From NCBI GenBank assembly GCA_018260615.1, contig JAGWDQ010000013.1, positions 1 through 14,548 of the forward strand: 14,548 bases of DNA. Reading direction: 5' to 3'. Below, one piece after another: positions 6,331-14,497 of this stretch. Position 1 is the first letter of the stretch. Each line of letters opens with the position of its first letter. The notes under the pieces were generated by a model. It did not search any database. It was not told the origin of the DNA and was given only the letters and a program-made list of their open reading frames with translations. The translations under genes and the position numbers were made by a program. Source of the DNA: Candidatus Altarchaeum sp. (GTDB lineage: Archaea; Altiarchaeota; Altiarchaeia; Altiarchaeales; Altiarchaeaceae).

Positions 6331-7830
6331 ATGCAAATAATTAACAAAATGGGTCAAAACATAAAAAATTTTAAAATTTTAAAATTAATGGGAATTCTTG
6401 CAGGTGTTTTTTTAATTGCCACGGCAATTGCCGCTGTAAATGCAGGTAGTAATACAAATAATGCAGGAGTTATTGAAATAAATATCTCTCCGATTAAGGA
6501 TGTTTATTATGCCGGTGATGAAATAACTATAAATTTTACCCTTACGCCAAACAAAAACGGTTGTTTTGTGACTCTTATTTTCACAAAGATTAATGGGAGT
6601 ATAGAGACATTGTTTCAGCACGAAACAGGTTGTAAGTCATGCGGACTGGCAAAACCGCCATTGACATCAAAGACCGCAAAACAGATAAAGAAAAAATTTG
6701 ATGAAGCGGGGATTTATGAGATTCAGGGGATGATAACGGATGCCGGCACATACCAAATGGATTATAAAACAATAAAAATTATTGTTAAGGATGTTAAAGC
6801 TCAGAGGGCTGAAATAGAAAAATCAAAAGATGAAAAAGAAACCGAAAGTGAAAATATAGATGAAAACAACACCCGGATTCCTATCGTAATTGAGGTCTTT
6901 ACCCGTGACGGTTGTCCGATATGTGAGCATGTTGATGAAGCGGCAAAGAAATTAGCGAATGAGTATAACGAAAAAAACAAAAACAGCATAATACTTCTGG
7001 AATATCATCTTCAGGATACACTGGCAACACAGGCAGGTCCTGACAGAAGAATATTTTATGGCGGGGATGAATGGCAGAATGCCTGTAATTTTTACGCCTT
7101 AACTTTACTCAACGGTGAAGACGAGGACTGCGGAGGAACACACAATACGGAAAGTGATTACAGAAATCTTAAAAATAAAGTTGAAAATAAAATTATAGTG
7201 TCGTCAGTAAATATGCGGGCGAATGCATCCTACAATAAAAATTTATTATATATTGATGTCGGAGTTAAGGGTGTAAATAATGAGGCAAAAAATTTAGATA
7301 TATTTGTATTTATTCTTGACGGCACAAATGTAAAACTTTATATGCAAAAGTCCGCAAAAACTGGGAAAAAACAAACTGCAAATGTTAAATTTTCATTTCC
7401 TTATGGCGAAATTTCAGCATACAAAAATTTAAAAATGGTTGTACTTGTTCATGAGGGCAAAAAAATTTTAAATGCCCGCCTTATTGAATGGAAGGATGTC
7501 CAGGAAATAAAAGATGTGCAAAATATAAGCACAAATACAAATAAAAAAAATACAAATAACACAAATATACCAAATAACACAAATATACCAAATAACACAA
7601 ATGTAGCAAATGCAGCAAATGCAACCGAAGAAGGAAACATTAGAGGGGTAGGAATCACCGCATCCCCGCGTAGTTCGTCAAAAGCAGGTTTTGAAATAAC
7701 AAACTCTATAAATTTTATGTATTGTGCGGCAAACAGAGACATGCTTTACTGTGCAATTAAATTGACCTCACTAGTGTTCGGAGATTTTCAGGACAATCAT
7801 GAAAATAGTAAAAATAATGGCAGAAATTAA
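6331..7830 (+). CDS. Exported protein with a thioredoxin-like CxxC domain (DUF1223/Omp28-like) and Ig-like segments
   Basis: Basic then hydrophobic N-terminus (KILKLMGILAGVFLIATAIAAVNA), GCKSCG, IVIEVFTRDGCPICEHV...LLEYH, Asn/Thr-rich linker. The start could be a downstream Met. Confidence 0.65.
   Translation: MQIINKMGQNIKNFKILKLMGILAGVFLIATAIAAVNAGSNTNNAGVIEINISPIKDVYYAGDEITINFTLTPNKNGCFVTLIFTKINGSIETLFQHETGCKSCGLAKPPLTSKTAKQIKKKFDEAGIYEIQGMITDAGTYQMDYKTIKIIVKDVKAQRAEIEKSKDEKETESENIDENNTRIPIVIEVFTRDGCPICEHVDEAAKKLANEYNEKNKNSIILLEYHLQDTLATQAGPDRRIFYGGDEWQNACNFYALTLLNGEDEDCGGTHNTESDYRNLKNKVENKIIVSSVNMRANASYNKNLLYIDVGVKGVNNEAKNLDIFVFILDGTNVKLYMQKSAKTGKKQTANVKFSFPYGEISAYKNLKMVVLVHEGKKILNARLIEWKDVQEIKDVQNISTNTNKKNTNNTNIPNNTNIPNNTNVANAANATEEGNIRGVGITASPRSSSKAGFEITNSINFMYCAANRDMLYCAIKLTSLVFGDFQDNHENSKNNGRN
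7555..7602 (+). repeat. 18-bp coding tandem repeat (about 2.7 copies, NNTNIP)
   Basis: AATAACACAAATATACCA at 7555 and 7573, plus a partial copy at 7591. Confidence 0.9.
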
Positions 7831-7865
7831 AGGTGAAAATCAGAAGCAGGTTCTGAAATCGTGTA

Positions 7866-8228
7866 TTTTAAAACAGGTTTTAAAATAAGTTCGCTTCGCT
7901 CTCATTTAAAAATCTCAAAGATTTTCAGTATATTTTCAAAATCTTACGCTCACTTCGTTCGTGTATTTTAAAAACTTCGTTTTTAAAATTGCGATTTTAA
8001 AATCACCTCACTTCGTTCGGAGATTTAAAATTTCTGTGAGAAATTTAAAATCACCTCGCTTACGCTCATAGATTTAAAATTTTAAAAAAATTTAAAATAA
8101 GTTCGTTTCACCCTCATATTTAAATCGCAATTTTTAAATCGCAGAGATTTAAAAATCTCCGAACGAAGTGAGGTGAAGATTTAAAAATCTCCGAGCAACA
8201 GCGAGGTGATATTTTAAACAAAGTTTAA
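7866..8228. repeat. Large array of palindromic modules
   Basis: Four CACCTC-type hairpins (8000, 8048 forward; 8153, 8185 reverse), TACGCTCACTTCGTTCGTGTA at 7945, TTTAAAAAC-TTC-GTTTTTAAA, and related TAAGTTCG...CTCAT units at 7886 and 8098. Confidence 0.8.
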
Positions 8229-8229
8229 A

Positions 8230-8775
8230 ATGGTTAAAGTAGAAATGTCGGAATTAAGGAGGTATTTGTCAGCTAAAAAAACTCAGGAATTGTGTGATGA
8301 GCTCGTGGAATTATTTAAATTATTTCCAAATGTTAAAGAACACTATGCAGCGAAATTAAACCCTGCTTCAGAAACCGAAATACTGAAAAAATACAAAAAG
8401 CTCGTAAGGAATGAATTTTATCCGGAAAGGGGCTTTCCTAAAATGAGGTATTCCATAGCCAAAAAAGCTGTTTCCGATTTTAAAAGAATATCAAAGAATC
8501 CGAAAAATATAGCTGATTTAATGCTTGTATATGTGGAATCCGGAGTTGACTGCACGATGGAATACGGCGATATTGATGAAAAATTTTACTACAACATGGA
8601 AACAATGTATGACGAAGCAGCAGCATATATTTCAGAGAACAATTTAAGGAAGGAATTTTGGAAAAGATGTAAAAAAATTATGGAACAACCTCAGGGCAAA
8701 GTCGGCTGGGGGTTTAGTGAAGAACTTTCGGAGACATATACCAAATACTTTCCACCCAATGAATTTCAGGATTAA
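8230..8775 (+). CDS. Helical hypothetical protein, DUF6155-like
   Basis: Recalled family pattern (ELRRYL...EFYPERG..K.RYS.AKKA.SDFK...ADLML.YVE.G...T.EYGDIDE.FY). Not search-verified. Confidence 0.6.
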   Translation: MVKVEMSELRRYLSAKKTQELCDELVELFKLFPNVKEHYAAKLNPASETEILKKYKKLVRNEFYPERGFPKMRYSIAKKAVSDFKRISKNPKNIADLMLVYVESGVDCTMEYGDIDEKFYYNMETMYDEAAAYISENNLRKEFWKRCKKIMEQPQGKVGWGFSEELSETYTKYFPPNEFQD

Positions 8776-8814
8776 ATAAAAATAAATTTAAAATCATGCT
8801 TTTATTCAATCAAA

Positions 8815-9714
8815 ATGAAATTTATTAACGATGTTAGTGTTACCTCACTTCGTTCGGAAATTTTAAATTCTTGCGAATTTAAAATTGCAGTTCTCGGTCC
8901 GGAAGGAACATTTTCCGAAATTGCCGCAAAGAAATTTTTGACAGGGGAAAATTTTAAAGGAAATTTTGTTTATTGTAATGAAGTGGATGAAATTTTTGAA
9001 GCGGTTGAAAACAACACAGTCCATTTTGGTGTCGTGCCTTTGGAGAATTCAATTGAGGGAAGCATAAATTTAACAATTGACTGCCTGCGTGAATATTACA
9101 AAGATATTCAAATAAACAGGGATATAATTTTAGATGTTCGTTTGTGCCTGATGGCGATGGATAATCTTAATTATGTTAATGTTATCTGCTCGCATCCTCA
9201 TGCCATTGCACAATGCAGGAAATTTTTAAGGGAACTCAGCAAAAAACACAATAACAAATTTAAAATTTCTCAGGTCAAAAGCACGGCATCGGCATGTAAA
9301 ATGGCAAAGGAAGACAAAACAGTTGCTGCTATTGCATCAGAAGAGGCGTCAAAAATTTACGGATTAAATTTGCTCTTTAAAAACATAAATGATTATAAAA
9401 GCCAGACGAGGTTTATAGTTGTTTCAAATAAAAGAAGTGAAGTAGAAATAATTTCCGAACAAAAGAAGAATTTGAAAATTGCAATAATTTTTGAACTGGA
9501 AAACAAACCGGGTGCCTTATATGAAATATTAAAGGAATTTGCAGAAAAAGATATAAATTTAACAAAAATAGAGTCAAGACCGTCAAAGAGAAAGTTAGGG
9601 GAATATTTCTTCTTCCAGGAATTTGAGGGAAATTTAAAGGGAGAAAGAGTGAATCTGGCAATAAATAATATTAAAGATAAGGTAAAATTTATTGAAATTT
9701 TGGGGAATTATTAG
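8815..9714 (+). CDS. pheA: Prephenate dehydratase (PDT plus ACT domain)
   Basis: LGPEGTFSE, GVVPLENSIEGSI, SHPHAIAQCR, STASA, TRF, NKPGALYEIL, LTKIESRP. Confidence 0.93.
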   Translation: MKFINDVSVTSLRSEILNSCEFKIAVLGPEGTFSEIAAKKFLTGENFKGNFVYCNEVDEIFEAVENNTVHFGVVPLENSIEGSINLTIDCLREYYKDIQINRDIILDVRLCLMAMDNLNYVNVICSHPHAIAQCRKFLRELSKKHNNKFKISQVKSTASACKMAKEDKTVAAIASEEASKIYGLNLLFKNINDYKSQTRFIVVSNKRSEVEIISEQKKNLKIAIIFELENKPGALYEILKEFAEKDINLTKIESRPSKRKLGEYFFFQEFEGNLKGERVNLAINNIKDKVKFIEILGNY

Positions 9715-9732
9715 GGAAATTTTGATGCTCTG

Positions 9733-11085
9733 CTATAATTTTCTTAAAAAAATAATATTTTCTTTTAATATTGTATCACATAAAACCCCTTTTTCATTTG
9801 TAGGTGAATTTTTTGCAGGCATTCTTTTATTTATTATATTCCGGTATAATATTTTCTCTGTTTTAAAACCCAATGTCGCAGATAATTCGCTTATAATTAT
9901 GTCCGTTCGTAAAAAAACATTTTTAACTGTTCTATTGCCGGTTACTAAAACAAAATATTTATCACTTTTTAAATAATCATGGGCATTTTTTAATGTTTTG
10001 TACAGGTCAATATAAAAAGATAAAACATCTTTTGCCCGTTTGGTGCATTTGGTCTTAATTTCTTCAAGTTGTTCTTTTAAAATCGGTGAATATTCTATTA
10101 TTTCGTTATTAAAATCTACATTATTTTTTCCGCCCAATAACTCTTCATCTAACGAATAAATTTTATTATTGTTATTTATCCATTGCCATGAAAGTCGGGA
10201 AAATTGACCATAAGCAACGGTTGTTCTAGAATCACCATAAGGTGGGGAGGTTAAAATAAAATCAATTGAATTGTCTTCAATTTCTTGTTTAATTCTTGAA
10301 TCCCCTTCTATGATTTTTATTTCCGTTTTAGAATTTTTAACTTTATCAAAAAATTGTGACATCAGATTAATGTTTCTACTACTTACTTTTCTAAATTCTT
10401 CTAATACATTTGGATTAAAGTCCTCTGTTATTTTATTTTTATCTCTGCAAAGTTTAAAACCGCTATGATTTGTTAAAGAAACCCTCCTGATAACTTCACT
10501 TAAAGATAATAAAAAGAAATTCTTAATATTTTCATCTTCAATTTTTAAAATCATTGACTTAAGTTTAGATAATTGTGTAATTGTTTCTTTTTTAAACCAA
10601 AAATTTATGTTATAAAAGACCTGTTCATCATATACTATATTTTTATCTGCATAATTATATGCAATTTCTAAAAAATACTCTCGTAATTTATTTGGTTCTA
10701 TCGGAGTTGTTTTTACTTTTGCCATAAAACACGCAAAAGGATTTAATTCAATTCCAATTACTTTTTTTCTGTTTAGGAGTAAGCATTCAATTAAAGTTGT
10801 GCCTGAACCGGAAAAATTATCCAAAACAACACTATTTTCGTCAGTAAATACTCTCAATATTTTCCTTGCTAACTGGGGTATAAATTTAGCCGGGTATTGA
10901 TGAAAACCATGTGAATAAATATTCGGATTATAATTTTTGAAGTCCCATTCGGAATACCAGTTTTTTGTATCCTCCGTAGAATAATAATTTTCATATTCGG
11001 TAAAACGATTGTAGTTTGAGGCAACAATCCTAAATAAATTTTCAGAGGTGAAATTTATCTTCAATTGTTTTGATTCGGAGATCAT
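9733..11085 (-). CDS. Type II DNA methyltransferase, probably N4-cytosine, alpha motif order
   Basis: HGFHQYPAKFIPQ, motif I DNFSGSGTT before motif IV TSPPY. ATG 11085 lies 1 nt past the endonuclease stop. The ORF track starts at 11112. Confidence 0.85.
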   Translation of the reverse strand: MISESKQLKINFTSENLFRIVASNYNRFTEYENYYSTEDTKNWYSEWDFKNYNPNIYSHGFHQYPAKFIPQLARKILRVFTDENSVVLDNFSGSGTTLIECLLLNRKKVIGIELNPFACFMAKVKTTPIEPNKLREYFLEIAYNYADKNIVYDEQVFYNINFWFKKETITQLSKLKSMILKIEDENIKNFFLLSLSEVIRRVSLTNHSGFKLCRDKNKITEDFNPNVLEEFRKVSSRNINLMSQFFDKVKNSKTEIKIIEGDSRIKQEIEDNSIDFILTSPPYGDSRTTVAYGQFSRLSWQWINNNNKIYSLDEELLGGKNNVDFNNEIIEYSPILKEQLEEIKTKCTKRAKDVLSFYIDLYKTLKNAHDYLKSDKYFVLVTGNRTVKNVFLRTDIIISELSATLGFKTEKILYRNIINKRMPAKNSPTNEKGVLCDTILKENIIFLRKL

Positions 11086-11086
11086 T

Positions 11087-11851
11087 TTATAATTCCTTAT
11101 TAACAAAATCAACTAATTCAGAAAGAGGAGATATAAAGTCCTTTTTAACTGGCTTTGAAATAAATGCCTTATCAAAAAATTTGAACATTCCCCGATGCTG
11201 GGGGTTATCAATTTCATTATAAAAATTTACCGTAGCAAAACAAACCATTGGCATATCATCAACATCATAAGAAATATTATACTTGTCTTTTATAGAATTA
11301 TCTGATGTAGCAATTTCCATTAAGAGTTTCCATTTATATGTCTGCCCTGCTCTTTCTCTTAAAGAGGTCTTTAAAGATAATATTATGCATTTATCAAGTT
11401 CATTGTTTTCTTTCTTCGTATAAATAATTAAGTCGGCATCAGGTTTCTGGGTTTCCCCGTCAACATTTATGGTGGCTATTTTATCAAAATTTTTTATTTT
11501 TGACTTTTGACCGGTTATAAAAATATTGGATCTTATATTACCCAATATTTTGTTCGTTAGGAAAATATAAACAATAGCATTAGAAAAAGCATTTCCCGCT
11601 ATGGATTTTAAAGATTGATTGATGTCTTTTATTTCGCCCTTTAATTTTCTTTCACTCAATAGATTTCTTACATCATTTTCAGCACCTTTTAAAATCTTAT
11701 AAAGGTGGCTAAAGACCTCTTTCCAAGCGGTTTTATTATCCCCGTATTCTTTAACGATACTTTTTATGCCCTTAATAACAGGCAACATATAATTTGTTTT
11801 TTCAATCTTATCGTATATCCGCCTTTCTTCTTTATTAAGTGTATACTCCAT
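11087..11851 (-). CDS. Type II restriction endonuclease, PD-(D/E)XK, CCGG-family-like
   Basis: KSIAGNAFS, KPDADL, SLKTSLRER (an R-(D/E)-R motif as in Ecl18kI, PfoI and BsaWI). Tightly coupled to the methyltransferase. Confidence 0.75.
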   Translation of the reverse strand: MEYTLNKEERRIYDKIEKTNYMLPVIKGIKSIVKEYGDNKTAWKEVFSHLYKILKGAENDVRNLLSERKLKGEIKDINQSLKSIAGNAFSNAIVYIFLTNKILGNIRSNIFITGQKSKIKNFDKIATINVDGETQKPDADLIIYTKKENNELDKCIILSLKTSLRERAGQTYKWKLLMEIATSDNSIKDKYNISYDVDDMPMVCFATVNFYNEIDNPQHRGMFKFFDKAFISKPVKKDFISPLSELVDFVNKEL

Positions 11852-11881
11852 TTTTAATTTTTCTAATAACATTGATTTTTA

Positions 11882-12283
11882 GTAACTACTCCCTCATCTT
11901 AAAAAATTACAGGTAAATTTTTGATTTTTACGCTCACTCCGTTCCACTCACTCCGTTCGTGTCTTTTCAAAACCTCTGTGGTTTTGAAAATCGTGTATTT
12001 CAAAAACTTCGTTTTTGAAATTGTATTTTTTTTGAAATTTTTACAGGTAATAAAAAAATCACGCTGATTTTTTTAGATTGAAAACTTGTAGTTTTCAGTA
12101 TTTAAAAATGCTTCAGCATTTTTAAAGATTGAAAATTTTATAAATTTTCAGTATTTAAAAATCTTGCAGATTTTTAAAGATTGAAAATCTCATTTAAAAA
12201 TACTTCAAGTATTTTTAAAGATTGAAAATCTTGCAGATTTTCAGTATAGATTTTCAGTAATTTCCTACCCCGTGAGTAGTTGC
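11882..12283 (+). mobile_element. MITE, GTAACTA family, expanded 402-bp form with an 8-bp TSD
   Basis: GTAACTACTC/GAGTAGTTGC TIR (9/10). Perfect direct repeat GATTTTTA at 11874-11881 and 12284-12291. First 42 bp align with 2425-2466. Interior is a run of hairpin modules. Confidence 0.75.
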
Positions 12284-12484
12284 GATTTTTATTTATCTAA
12301 AATTTCAAGAAAAGTAAGATAAATTTTTTCGCCATACTATTTTTTTTATTTTACTTGTTTTTGATTTGTCTTTTATAATCACTTTGCATAAGTAATTAAC
12401 TTTTAATAGTAAATAAGTTAAATTTTGAGTTGTAAATTTAATTGTTCTCTAAATTTAAATCGCACTATTTTAAAGATCGCTTTA

Positions 12485-12566
12485 AAATCTCCGAACGATA
12501 TCAAAAATGCTTCGGGCATTTTTGAATATCCCAAAAATCTTGCAGATTTTTGCGATAGTGAGGTGA
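12485..12566 (-). repeat. CACCTC-type hairpin interrupted by two further hairpins
   Basis: AAATCTCCGAA-CGATA-[two hairpins]-CGATA-GTGAGGTGA. Confidence 0.7.
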
Positions 12567-12581
12567 AGTAGTATAAAAACA

Positions 12582-12704
12582 ATGATGCCAACAACCATAG
12601 CTCATGAAAAATCCATATATCCTGAAGTTATTTCCGCCTTTTTCCTGAAAAGAAAATCACCTCGCGTACGCTTGGAGATTTCAAAAACCCTTTGCGGTTT
12701 TTGA
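12582..12704 (+). pseudogene. Duplicated truD 5' end running into repeat DNA (40-codon ORF)
   Basis: 12588-12621 is identical to 12773-12806 (34 bp). MMPTTIAHEKSIYPE versus MKPTTIAHEKSIYLE. Confidence 0.7.
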
Positions 12705-12766
12705 AATGCGGGCGAAAAAGAACATAAACCTTTGAAAATTTAAAATTTAAATAAATTTAAAGATAA

Positions 12767-13876
12767 ATGAAACCAACAACCATAGCTCATGAAAAATCCA
12801 TATATCTTGAATTTTATTCAAGCGATACGGAAGGAATCGGAGGCATTATAAAGAAAGACAAAAACGATTTTAAAGTAATTGAGGACTCTGATGTTGAAAG
12901 AGATGAAAAAGGCGGGCATTTGTGCCTCGTCGTTGAAAAGGAAGACATAACAACCGAGAATTTTATATCAATACTTAAAGGCGAGTTGCATCTTGACGGA
13001 AGATTTATCGGCTATGCGGGAAACAAAGATAAAAATGCGGTTACGGTTCAAAAAATTTCAATTCCTTATTCGGATGAAATTTCAGGCAAAATAGACGAAT
13101 TGCATTTAATTTTGGAAAAATTTAAATTTAAAATAACTGAAAAATTTCGCATTAAAAGAAAAATCCGTCTCGGATATTTAAACGGAAATTTTTTTGAAAT
13201 TTATGTGAGGGATTGCGATACCGTTCAGGCAGAAACAACCGAACGGCTCAATAAAATTTTAACTGAAATCAGCAATGCCGGAGTTCCGAATTATTTCGGG
13301 GTTCAGAGATTCGGGGCAAATTATGATACGCACATTTACGGAAAACATTTGGTTCTTCGGGAATATGAAAAATTAGTGGAAATGCTGAAAAACGATAATT
13401 TGTTTAGCAGGATGATTAGAAATACAAATAATGACTATATGAGAAGTGTAAAAAATCTTCCGTACTTTTTTCTTGACATTTTTATTGCGGGCTATCAGAG
13501 TTATCTGTTTAATAAAATTTTATCGGAGAGAATGAGAAAATTCGGGCTAAATAGAATTGAAGGCGACTATGTCAATTCAAAGCAGGATGTTGTGCTTCCG
13601 TTAATTGGATATAAATCAAAATTTCCAACAGGGGAGACGGGCGAAATTATAGAAGATGTTATGGAAAAGGAAGGAATAACGAAGGAAATTTTTAAGCATG
13701 AAATAAAATTTTTGTCAAGAAAGGGGGATTTAAGGAAGATAAATTTAAATTTTAGGGATTTTAGTTGCGAAGTGGAAGCCAGAGAAACATCTGAAAAAAG
13801 TGATGTCAGGTTTAAATTCTGGCTTGAAAAGGGAAATTATGCGACCGTGTTAATGAGAGAATTCTGTAAAAATTAA
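12767..13876 (+). CDS. truD: tRNA pseudouridine(13) synthase
   Basis: GIGGIIK..DFKVIE, YAGNKDKNAVTVQ (catalytic Asp), GNFFEI, PNYFGVQRFG, YQSYLFNKILSER, GNYATVLMRE. Confidence 0.93.
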   Translation: MKPTTIAHEKSIYLEFYSSDTEGIGGIIKKDKNDFKVIEDSDVERDEKGGHLCLVVEKEDITTENFISILKGELHLDGRFIGYAGNKDKNAVTVQKISIPYSDEISGKIDELHLILEKFKFKITEKFRIKRKIRLGYLNGNFFEIYVRDCDTVQAETTERLNKILTEISNAGVPNYFGVQRFGANYDTHIYGKHLVLREYEKLVEMLKNDNLFSRMIRNTNNDYMRSVKNLPYFFLDIFIAGYQSYLFNKILSERMRKFGLNRIEGDYVNSKQDVVLPLIGYKSKFPTGETGEIIEDVMEKEGITKEIFKHEIKFLSRKGDLRKINLNFRDFSCEVEARETSEKSDVRFKFWLEKGNYATVLMREFCKN

Positions 13877-13969
13877 GGGATATATTTCCTCTGCTTTAAG
13901 GATATATGCTTTATTTTAACCAACAATATTTAATTTATAATGTGAAATTTTAAACTATAAATTTTTAAA

Positions 13970-14497
13970 ATGCGTGCATTATTTGTCGGGAGATTTCAGC
14001 CGTTACATTTGGGACACATCAAAGCAATTTTGGAAATTTCAAAAAAATACGAGGTTATCGTGGTTGTCGGAAGTGCGCAGGAAAGTTATACTGTGAAAAA
14101 TCCTTTTACGGCAGGAGAGCGGGCTGAAATGCTCATTAACGAGAAAAATTTTAAGGGCTTAAATTTAAATGTCATTCCCGTATCGGATATTAACAACCAT
14201 GCTATATGGGTGAAATACATAATTTCATTACTTCCGAAATTTGATATTGTTTGGACACAAAATCCGCTGACAAAAATTTTATTTGAAAAAGAGAAATTTA
14301 AGGTTGCGGCGCAGGAAATTTACACAAACGAATATGGAAAAATTTATTCGGGCACAGATGTCAGAAATGAAATTTCCAATAGACACGAAGATGTATGGAA
14401 GAATATGGTGAGTGCTGATACATACAAATTTATAAAAATGATTGGGGGGGATGAACGACTAATAAATTTAACCTCGCTAACGCCCGGATATTTTTAA
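13970..14497 (+). CDS. nadM: Nicotinamide-nucleotide adenylyltransferase
   Basis: FVGRFQPLHLGH, GSAQES...NPFTAGER, YSGTDVR. Confidence 0.9.
   Translation: MRALFVGRFQPLHLGHIKAILEISKKYEVIVVVGSAQESYTVKNPFTAGERAEMLINEKNFKGLNLNVIPVSDINNHAIWVKYIISLLPKFDIVWTQNPLTKILFEKEKFKVAAQEIYTNEYGKIYSGTDVRNEISNRHEDVWKNMVSADTYKFIKMIGGDERLINLTSLTPGYF

Noticed and set aside
7866-8228. CRISPR array (also considered for 6038-6294 and 11882-12283)
   Set aside because: Units differ in sequence, length and orientation, have no unique regular spacers, and there are no cas genes.
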